A DNA stretch of 63,590 nt, filler included, from Octopus bimaculoides (Eukaryota): the NCBI RefSeq assembly GCF_001194135.2. It is 9 parts of 9 records of this genome, joined end to end, with 100 filler letters (N's around TTAATTAATTAA, not from the genome) between each part and the next. Parts side by side here need not be neighbours in the genome. Positions count along the whole stretch, not along the records: positions 14,616 to 29,651 come from NC_068984.1; positions 29,752 to 53,029 come from NC_068981.1; 7 more parts are not named here. One strand, given 5' to 3'. The notes beneath the pieces were generated by a model. It made no database searches and was not told the DNA's origin. It saw only the letters and a program-made list of their open reading frames with translations. Both the position numbers and the translations under genes were made by a program. How positions within the stretch are numbered: position 1 is the first letter of the stretch; every line of letters starts with the position of its first letter. This document shows, piece by piece, positions 27,531-37,072 of the stretch.

Positions 27531-28095
27531 TAAGTCTCCTAATGACTTAGGTAGCCGTGCTAACATAAATTGAAAATCACGTCTTAATTCAAAATGGTGC
27601 CAAGATTTCACTCTTTTATTGCTTTACACGGAATTATGAATAAATGATGACAAAAATTGGCATCTACTTCATCGGAGAGGCATTCTAGCCGTTTCGCAAC
27701 AAACATAACTGTTTAATTTGAAGCAGTATGGTATGTATGTGGATGTATGAACTGCGGTAAGGTCTGTTAAATGAATTCAAGATGGATAATAATAAATGAA
27801 TTCATAAGCAAATTACAATGGAAGGCAAGGAAACATTTATTACAACTTCAGAAATTTGATAAAGCAAACTGGTAAAACATTTCAATTGTTAAAACATGCT
27901 TAAATGTTCATCAAAATATAGAATAGAGCTTAAAGAAAAACCTAAAATACAACATCACAATACTTCTTGTTCCTTGTATTCAAAGGTTGGTAGAATGCTT
28001 AGCTCAACTTCAAAGATTCTGGCTTGGTATATGTTTAAACTGAAAACTGCAAACTGAAATCCAAATTGTTTTCACGGCAAGGTCTCTGGTCGCTC

Positions 28096-28129
<34 letters not shown>

Positions 28130-28130
<1 letters not shown>

Positions 28131-28425
28131 AGCTTACAGCGATCACCGTGCAACGACTAAGGAAAATAGTCTAATAATGGGGCATATAAACCCTCGACAG
28201 AAAAAAGTAGGCTTTCCGATCCGCATGGGCTCGACGGGATGTGGGTTCGATTCCCACGCGAATGGGAAAGCTTACTTTTTTCTGTCGAGGGTTTATATGG
28301 CCCTTTATTAGACTATTTTCCTTAGTCATTGCACGGTGATCGCTATAAGCTTTGAGCTTATATAAAAATACCACTATTATTATTTACAGGATTGTAAAAC
28401 TCGACACCGTATAACAAAACCATTC
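28130..28425 (+). mobile_element. tRNA-derived SINE family D with inverted duplication replacing its 5' end
   Basis: 95-bp arms 28130-28224 and 28258-28352 (7 mismatches); loop holds a gtggGTTCGAttcccac T-arm; body homologous to 40225-40415. Confidence 0.8.
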
Positions 28426-29099
28426 GCATATATATATATATATGTATGTATATATGTATGCATGTATGTATGTATGTGTGTGTATGTGTGTACGTATGTT
28501 TATATGTATGTATATACACATATATCCACGTATACATAAATATGCATACATACATACATACATACACCTATGATGTTCTTCTTGTTTAAACAGATAATTT
28601 ATTTATGAATCCTTCATTGCAACGTTAGAAACGCAAAGCGAACGACCGAATGAGAAGGAGAAAGCTTACGTCAGTCTTACACAAACATGGCTGCTTCAAA
28701 TGATTAAATAACGTTTCAGATACCAACAAGAGTATCATATAACATGTATATCACAGATGAGATATATTCCATATATGCCTTCTTTTTCACCTGATTCAGT
28801 CACAGGATTGCGGCCATGTTGGGACACCACCTTGAAAAGACTAGTAGAACAAATTGTGCCTAGTGCATATATTTTAAACCTGGTGCTTATTCTATCTCTT
28901 TTGTTGAATGGAAACAAACCAACACCTGTTGTCAAGCTGTGGTTGGAGGTACAAACACAAATACACACATATGCTTCAATTCATATCGATTTTTACTCTT
29001 TTCGAAATGTGTTTAGATCACTCGCCCCTCAGGCAGTATGTGTTGTATGAATTGTAAGTAGGAAGAAATATTCTTTCCCTAACTGGAGATGAAGCTTTT

Positions 29100-29620
29100 A
29101 ATGTCCGGATATGTCCAGGATGGTTTGGTCGGTTTTCTCGTGAAATTTCTCTTTCGCAGATCCCACTCAATATGACTGACGAAGGTTTGCTGGAACTGAG
29201 TTTCTGAAAACCGTAATCGAGGAAAATCCAAAGCAAACTGTGTGGGCATTAGCAAAACTGTTCGATTCAACTCTCACTTCGATCATAAAACACCATGAAG
29301 TGGAATATCGATTTTTACTGGAATAGTGTTTGCCTCTCAAACCCTCTTTCATGGGGCCGAAGAGATGATAGTCCCGTGACGAGGAAGTGAAAACTGTGGT
29401 GAAGAAGTGTCTCAAAGAACAGACAACAGAATTTTACGGGGCAGAGATACATGCTCTCATTTGAAGGTGGAACATTGCTATTGAGAGAAACGGTGACTAT
29501 GTTGAGAAGTAGGGATGTGATCCACAGAGGACCAGTGTCATTTTGATGTATGATGCATGTTCCTGTGTTGGTAATTATACCTGTCCTAAACAAAATGGCA
29601 TTATTTTTTGACTCACCCTC
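29100..29620 (+). mobile_element. Rearranged mariner remnant with right TIR
   Basis: LKTVIEENPKQTVWALAKLF (HTH-like), inverted DYHLFGPMKEGLRGKHYS, DEEVKTVVKKCLKEQTTEFY..RWNIAIERNGDYVEK stop; ends in ttttgactcaccctc. Confidence 0.8.
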
Positions 29621-29651
<31 letters not shown>

Positions 29652-29751
29652 NNNNNNNNNNNNNNNNNNNNNNNNNNNNNNNNNNNNNNNNNNNNTTAAT
29701 TAATTAANNNNNNNNNNNNNNNNNNNNNNNNNNNNNNNNNNNNNNNNNNNN

Positions 29752-29824
<73 letters not shown>

Positions 29825-29825
<1 letters not shown>

Positions 29826-30089
29826 TAAGGCATTGTTTAGTTTGAGATCAGCATTGGTCAATTTGTGGATATGTTAGAACACTTTCGCAAGCTGATGCAG
29901 ACAGGCATTGAATTGGAAAACAATGTTATTGAAGTGGACTTCTTAAATATACTGTAGCGGAATGATAAGGCATGGATTTTGTTCAATAAATCGATCTCAT
30001 TTCAAACATCAACTAACTATCCCTCAGAACTTAAGAATACTTTAGAAAATTACTATTTGTAAATCTCACAGCGAGTGATATTCAGCAAC
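29825..30089 (+). mobile_element. Highly decayed Penelope-like RT fragment
   Basis: NNVIEVDFLNIL and STNYPSELKNTL resemble Penelope RT-thumb motifs (VNFLDV, SNHPPxxxKN). Confidence 0.4.
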
Positions 30090-31010
30090 AGTACTTTGGA
30101 GTAAAAATTAGTTGCCAGAATAACATGGCAGTCCTGGTTTAGGACGAATGTTGCCGTAATTTAGCCCCTGGAGACATCGTCTCCAGCTGGCTATACGACA
30201 CGATCCGTGCCCTTATATTTTTGAACAAGGGAAGCTAACACCCCCACTCAGTTCAAAACAATATCTGTGTATCGCAATTTCCGGATTATTTCCCTTCATC
30301 AGCACAGAATAATTGTTCGGCAAGAGGTGAAGTTCTTATTGCGATAAATATTATCATACATAGAGGGGACAAAACAGGAAAATACAAACAATTATCATTA
30401 TTGTGAGTTCGAATGATACCTAGGTTTAAAAATTATGAATGATATATAAAAATTAAAATGTTGAATCTTTTGGAAATTTAACCTGATGGGCTGAAAAGCC
30501 CAACGACTACACCATTTCCTTTTCCTATGATGGATTAGAAGCGCAATTCGAAACGGCCAATATAACAAAGGAAGTCTCCACAAAGACCTTGCGAAACGAA
30601 GAAATAATACTGCTACCCACATACCTGGGACACAGAACAACTAAAATTACCGTGGATGAGGTTCCGGCTGGTTACGAGGATATGTAGAGGAGGCAGTGAC
30701 GATTTTACAATTGAAAAAGCGTGAAGCCGTCACCTGGAAAGGCCAGGCTCTAGAGATGGTTCTACAAGCGTCAAATGAAATTCTAGAAAAATTGCCCGAT
30801 AGGGGCTAAGAATGAGAATGGCCGTCGATACACAGATATTGCTTTGAGCTGAGTGGGGGTGTTAGCTTCCCTTGTTCAAAAATATGAGGACACGAATCGT
30901 GTCGTATAGCCAGTTGGAGACGATGTCTCCTGGGGATAAATTACAGCAACATTCGTCCTAAACCAGGACTGCCATGTTATGTTGACAACTAATCTCTACT
31001 TAAGAATACT
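30090..31010. mobile_element. Inverted pair of H3 terminal repeats enclosing a Tx1-like ORF1 fragment
   Basis: Arms about 30090-30274 and 30826-31010 are reverse complements; spacer translates to KTLRNEEIILLPTYLGHRTTKITVDEVP..WKGQALEMVLQAS. Confidence 0.75.
30264..30308 (-). ncRNA. Type-I hammerhead ribozyme, family H3
   Basis: tctgtg-CTGATGA-aggg-aaataa-tccg-GAAA-ttgcga-TA-cacaga: perfect 6-bp helix I, intact core, near-palindromic helix III (ATTGCGAT). Confidence 0.75.
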
Positions 31011-31860
31011 TATCCAGTAGTTAATGTATTCATTGATGTCACCTAAATAGTAACTCTGCCATAGTTCAGATAGGTGTGTATGATCATAGTTGATAAAAAA
31101 ATGCTTAAAAGAGAGGAGAGAGAGAGAAAGAGGGATGGAGAGAAATTATGTAGAGCAATGGTAGAAGAAACTGCAACTTAAGATGAAGAAAGTGAAAAAC
31201 AAAAACAATGAGAAAATCGGTTTAAAGAATGATTGAAAGAAAAGAGGGAAAAGATATATGTGAATGTGAGAGAGAACGTGTATGAGAGAGACTGAAAGAG
31301 GGAACGGAAGTAAGGGAAAAGGTGTGTAAACAGAAAATACTGAAGTGTTATGGATCAAAAGAAAGTGATTGTGGTTGATAATGTATCAGTTCACTTCATC
31401 GAACTGCAATGGTTCACGCGTTGGGATTGGGGCGTGCTGTTTTTTTTTAAGTTTTATCCGTTTCTTTTTAGATGTAGTTTTTTTCATATGTTGTTCTAGT
31501 ATACAAGAATGTTCTAGAATGTTTCAACAACAATATTTGCCATGAAAAACAAATTTGTCATAGCAGGGATTCAAAAATATTCTTCCTACATTGTCAATCA
31601 AATTGCTACCCGCAACAATTCGATGAAGTTAAATCTTTACGATCACCTTCCAAGGGTACTGCATCGAAAACAGAGTGGTTGTTGTTGCAGTTGTTTTGGC
31701 TGATAATAATTATCGTGTCCTTGTTTAACCATAGAGCAGCCCTAGACGAGTAGGTTTATAAGGGATATCCAAAAATAAATTGTTCATTGTGTCCGTAGCA
31801 TCTTTAGGTAGGTAGGCAGTGATTTCAAGTAAATTTTGCTCCCCTTTCGAACACCGAGAG

Positions 31861-32424
31861 AGATAGCCTAAATGGTTCCCTCCTCCTTTTCTATTTAACA
31901 CGGTGGCTGAGAGGCTAAATAGAGAGGAGGCAGTGTGTGTATCAGTGTGTGGGGCATCGCTTAGAAGAAACATTTCAGGTCTCAGACTACTCTACACATC
32001 GTGTAACAAATGCAAAAATTACAATATGTTAATTTACTAAATGCTCCTGATTAGCTTCTTCTGTAATTTCGAGTTGCAGAATTACATTAATTTCTTTCAG
32101 TAATGCCAGCAGAATGCAAAATTAATCTCTTAGAATTACTAAAATAAATGAAAACGTTGGATAAAACACAATGAAAAAAAATCAAAAGATTAAGTCTTAA
32201 TGAAAGAAATTTATGTAATTCTGCAACTCGAAATTACAGAGTTAATCAGGAGTATTTACTAAATTATCATATTGTAATTTTGTATTTGTTACTCGATGTC
32301 TAGAGTAGTATGAGACCTGAAATGTTTCTACCCCACACACTGATACACACCCTGCCTCCTCTTTATTTAGCCTCTCAGTCATGGTGTTAAATAGAAAAGG
32401 AGATGGAAACCATTTTGGTTATCT
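31861..32424. mobile_element. MITE/fold-back element with about 230-240-bp inverted arms
   Basis: 31861-32103 is the reverse complement of 32197-32424 with scattered mismatches and small indels; no coding capacity. Confidence 0.8.
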
Positions 32425-32489
32425 TATTTCATTAGTATCATCCGTCAAATAGATTCAGCTAGTAAATATTGAAATGAATACAGAATTAT

Positions 32490-32630
32490 TCTTTTCTACG
32501 CTAGGCACAAGGCTCGAAAGTTTTGGGGAGGGGGTCCAGTCGATTAGATCGACCCCAGTACGCAACTGGTACTTAATTCATCGACCCCGAAAGGATGAAA
32601 GGCAAAGCCGACCTAGGCAGAATTTGATAA
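32490..32630 (-). mobile_element. SINE family B, 3' part
   Basis: gtcgattagatcgaccccagtacgcaactggtacttaattcatcgaccccgaaaggatgaaaggcaaagccgacc. Confidence 0.8.
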
Positions 32631-33419
32631 ATACGGAAGTATTGCATTAATAGTTTAATTATTGAAGAAAAATCCAAATTTAAATCCTCTAAGTCATACA
32701 TATACAGAAAAATGAATAACAAAATATTTAAAAGAAACAAACATAAAAGTTTATGAAAGGAAAACAGCGATAACCCCCACGCCAAACGCATTTTAGGCCA
32801 AGCTCCATGCCAAGTCTACTATAATAGTATCAATAAACACTGGTAACGCCAAAGTCATTGCCCTTGTCTTTCTATAAAGACATTACCACTCGTCCATTGT
32901 CCATTCCTCACTAGTTCAGAACGCTTATTGTCCCTTATTTTTCATAAAAAAAATTTTTTTTTGCACTCTCCCTCTTCTTAATAGAGCTTGATGAAATCCT
33001 TACAAATAACCATGACCATATAAACTTTCCGGTTGGCTAATCAAGAATTAGTATTTGATTTTTAGATATTTTTATTGCTGCGTACTTACTTCATGATAGC
33101 TTAAATATTTAATTTTTCCTTATTCGACAATATGCTCCTAATACCCAACCAAACATTGGAGTAGAAATCGACGTAACAAACGACCCCCTACCAAATAACC
33201 CCTAATCCTATATATACCACAACCCAAAACAAATACCAACAAACACCTCCAAAACCCTATCTCCACCAACGTAACCCGCCTCCAACCTGATTAAATGAAC
33301 TACAACTCAAGACGTCATATGGTTCCATCACCTACTTCACCCTGAACGTCCAGACTTGAGTACCCAAACTCTTCTAGGCCCAGGCTATGTCTAACTAAAT
33401 AGCACCACATGGTGAAGTC

Positions 33420-34260
33420 TTTTAGTCATATATGGAGTTATTATTGTTGGAGACATATCCGGGTGTAGGAGGTTGGTCCGAGATTTTTTGAAGAAATTTG
33501 ACCAGTGAACATTTGAATTTTATGGGATCTGTTTCCATTTTGACGTATTTTCGTATGGTATTAAAGAGAGCTGGACCGGTTGAGGTAAAGTAATTGTGAC
33601 GTAATGTTGCTATGTGTACTGAGTTTCATTTTTGTAGTGGGCGGATAGCACGGGGCTACGTCTTGGAGGGACTTTAAAATTGATGCCAATGTCATTTGTG
33701 CAATAATGATTGAATATTTTCCACATAACACAAATAATGTAGAGCTCCCGATGGCGTTGGAGAGAGTAGATTGAGTTTTTAGTCGACCCCAATAATCAAT
33801 GCCTCCCATGCCGTCTATCTTTCTTGTTATTGACCTCTGGAGTGCTTCCACTTTCATAATGAGTTGCTTCGTATGGGGGGATCATAGTGGGCAACAGTAT
33901 TCAAGGTGGGGTCGGGCAAAAGTAGAGTAGAGAAGGATGATGATGTAGGTATCTTTAGACCTGCAAGTTCTCAGAATCCAGGAGCACATCTTGCGGGCCA
34001 AGTCAACCTTACTGTTTACGCAGGAACTCCAGCATAGATTATCAACAATTACTCCAAGGTCTCTGGTGTTGTTGGATGACACTAAGGAGTCGCCAGAAGG
34101 AAGAGCATATGGTAATTTCAGAGTTTCCTCTTTTCCAAAGTGGATCAAATCAAACTTGTCTTCATTTAGAAGATATCCAGTATGCTCAAGTATTCGCTGT
34201 ATAAACCGTGGACAAAGCCTCGAAAACTTAATTGTAGCAATTTATACATCAGCGGTTAAG
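33420..34260 (-). mobile_element. CR1-like LINE, 5'-truncated ORF2 C-terminus
   Basis: TRDLGVIVD..WSSCVNSKVDLARKMCSWILRT..LLYSTFARPHLEYCCPL..VEALQRSITRKI..YWGRLK..LYSLQRHRE..KFLQKISDQPPTPGY. Confidence 0.9.
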
Positions 34261-34419
34261 ATTTAAATATAAATTATAATGGAATTTAAAAAGAATAGAG
34301 AAAATATCTTGTATATTGAATGTGTTAGGTAATTGTCGAACAGAACATCTTTTGGTGGTTAAGTGACTGGGTATACATTCATGTTCCTAACGTAATATAT
34401 GTTAATACAGTGAAGGTGC

Positions 34420-34720
34420 GTCGCTGGGTAGTTAGGGCATTCGGCACACAAATCATAAAGGCGTGTGTTCAATTCCCGGTGGCGCATTATGTTCTGAGCA
34501 AGACACTTTATTTCACATTACTGCAGTCCACTTAGCTGGCAAAAATGAGAAGTACTTGTAATTGGAAGGGTCACGCTTGGTACATCCTGGGTCGCGCTGA
34601 ATCTCCCTAAGAACTACGTTAGGGTAAGCGTGGAAGTGATCAGCCAATTGCACGTTAATTCCACGAAAAGCCTGTTTGTTGCTCGGATCAGCTAGAATCC
34701 TCGTCGTCGTAACCGATAGA
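34420..34720 (+). mobile_element. tRNA-derived SINE family E
   Basis: A-box-like gctgggtagttagg, B-box gtgttcaattcc, then ctgagcaagacactttatttcac core. Confidence 0.6.
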
Positions 34721-35068
34721 GTAACTGAGAGACATGTTAATACAGTATTACATTTTATACAAACAAACTGTTCATATCGCTCTGGTTGGCTTAGGAAGAG
34801 GAAGAAAACTGCTTAGTGTAATCAGTAACATGATTCTTATGATTAAAACTTTTGCTTCCCTTTCTTATTTGCATAAAATCATGTTTGTGAGCGTCTTAAT
34901 TTGTTTAATTCAAGTCTAATTCACCTCCTGTAGATCGGAAACGTGATTCTCAGAGCAGCAGCGCATAAAGTTTATATTTTACAATAAGTATGAGTCTCTT
35001 AATACAATTCTCTGTGCATATGTATACACCACTCACTCTCCCTCCTTTCTCTCTCTCTTTCTATTTAA

Positions 35069-35135
<67 letters not shown>

Positions 35136-35817
35136 GCATAGATTTCCATAATTGTAATGTAGAGATGAAAACTTAATTAAACAAAAATTTCTTGCAATTA
35201 CAAAACAAGGTGGTTAATATCTAAAAACAACAAGCAAGGAAAATACTTCTAATAAAACTTTGGAGAAAAATTTGGGTCTAACTGAAAATGATGCGTGTTC
35301 CTCGATGTTATCATCAAACATTAACCAGGCATTTTTGCACACTCTCTCATGCTCTCCATCTTCTTTAACATTAATCCAACGAAATTTCTCAAATAGTATT
35401 TCTCGATGATATTAAGGCTTTTTGATGTTAGTAATGTTATCTATCGTTATATATTCGTGTGTGGGAGCGTGTGTGAGAGTGACTGAATTTTTTCTCTTAT
35501 TTTATCTTATCTCCTCACTGTTCTTCCCCATCTTCATTCTTTGATTTCTCGTCTCTTTATATTATTCACATCTCTTTTGACTTGGACAGTTATCTCATGT
35601 TTCCGGGCTATTTTTTATTTTTTATTTTTTATATTGATCTGGCTATTTCTACTTCATCTCACAGCTTGTTTTACTGTCGCTGTCTTTTTACTTTCTCTTA
35701 CCCTCTTTTTTCTCTCTCCGTCTCTCGAGACACGCGCGTGCATTACACACGCGCACACACACGCACCAAACCATTCAGTTTTTTTTCTCCGTGTTTTTCT
35801 CCTTGTTTTCTCCGTAT

Positions 35818-35855
35818 TCTTTCTGTTGAAGAGCGTAGGCTCGAAACGTTAAAGA
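35818..35855 (+). ncRNA. Minimal type-I hammerhead ribozyme, family H2 (one core substitution)
   Basis: tcttt-CTGTTGA-a-gagc-gtag-gctc-GAAA-CG-TT-aaaga: 5-bp helix I, 4-bp helix II, palindromic ACGT helix III. Confidence 0.7.
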
Positions 35856-36248
35856 CTTTCTGTATTCCCGAGCGTCAAACTAATACATCCTTTTGTTGTT
35901 TACACCACCTGTCCTCGTCTGTTGTTGTTTCTTTTCGTACATTCTTTTCGTACATTCGGCTGAAGAGAGTCAAAGGTTCTGAAATATTTTATCTGAGGGA
36001 GGTCTTACGTAATAGATGCATTTCCTGTATATTACGCAGACCTCAAACGTACGCATTTTATTGACTTCAAATTAACACTATTTGGTTTGTCTTCATTATT
36101 ACAACTTACACGACTCGATACCCGTACAAAATAGTCGGTCTTGACCGCACTTAAGCGGATACTCTAATAAAGATGTGGAGTAGTTTGTTATATTTGATTC
36201 AAGTCTAAAATTCTGATACCATGCACCACTTCTTAGCATAACAAGATG

Positions 36249-36294
<46 letters not shown>

Positions 36295-37013
36295 ACAATG
36301 AAAAATACTGGCGTATGTATGTTAATATTCCTAAGTTATTACACCTGGAAAAGTACAAAACAAAATTTCTACAGTAGAATTTACCTAATACGTCACCCCT
36401 AAAGGAAATTAAAAAGTACTTGAAATTAAAATTCTACAGTACTTAAAATATTGCAGCCGAAAATAACATTTTAAAAATTTACTATATTTTATTAAAACAA
36501 AAATTATAAAAGCATTACTGGGTTTTTTTCCAAGAATATGCCCATCCGATTTTAAGCCTTTCTCTATTGGCATCAAATCTTGAAATAAAGTGAAGAATGA
36601 CATACATACATACATACATACATACGTATTGCAGAAACATCTTACTGAGGTTTAAAGTCTTTTCATGTATAGCCTCAGTAACTTTTACCATTTTCAGAAA
36701 AAAAATAATTAAAGCAAAATTATTTAAATCTGTATTTAAGCCCAATTAGTCTTCCCAAGGAGAAAATTGAAAGTGCAAATTAGGTGAAGCAACGAATTAG
36801 CCAAAGACGAATTAGGCTAATTCTACTGCATCAATGCAAAGTAATAAATTTTATTTTAAATTCATTTGTCAGGTTAATTTTTATTTTTAATGTGGGAGAA
36901 TTGACTGAATCATTTGATTTGAAACCATTTAATGACCATTCTACTGCAATCAATGTTTTTCTTTTTTTTTGTAATGGGATTTCAATTCAAGTGTAACATT
37001 ATTCACAACTTAA

Positions 37014-37072
37014 GGCGGCGAGCTGGCAGAAACGTTAGCACGCCGGGCGAATTGCTTAGCGGTGTCTCGTCT
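37014..37072 (+). mobile_element. SINE family B tRNA-like head only
   Basis: ggcggcgagctggcagaaacgttagcacgccgggcgaattgcttagcggtgtctcgtct; homology stops before the B-box. Confidence 0.85.

Noticed and set aside
30090-30263. HDV-like or twister ribozyme fold in the H3 repeat
   Set aside because: Could not place P1/P3/L3 or twister consensus nucleotides in either orientation; loops are not conserved
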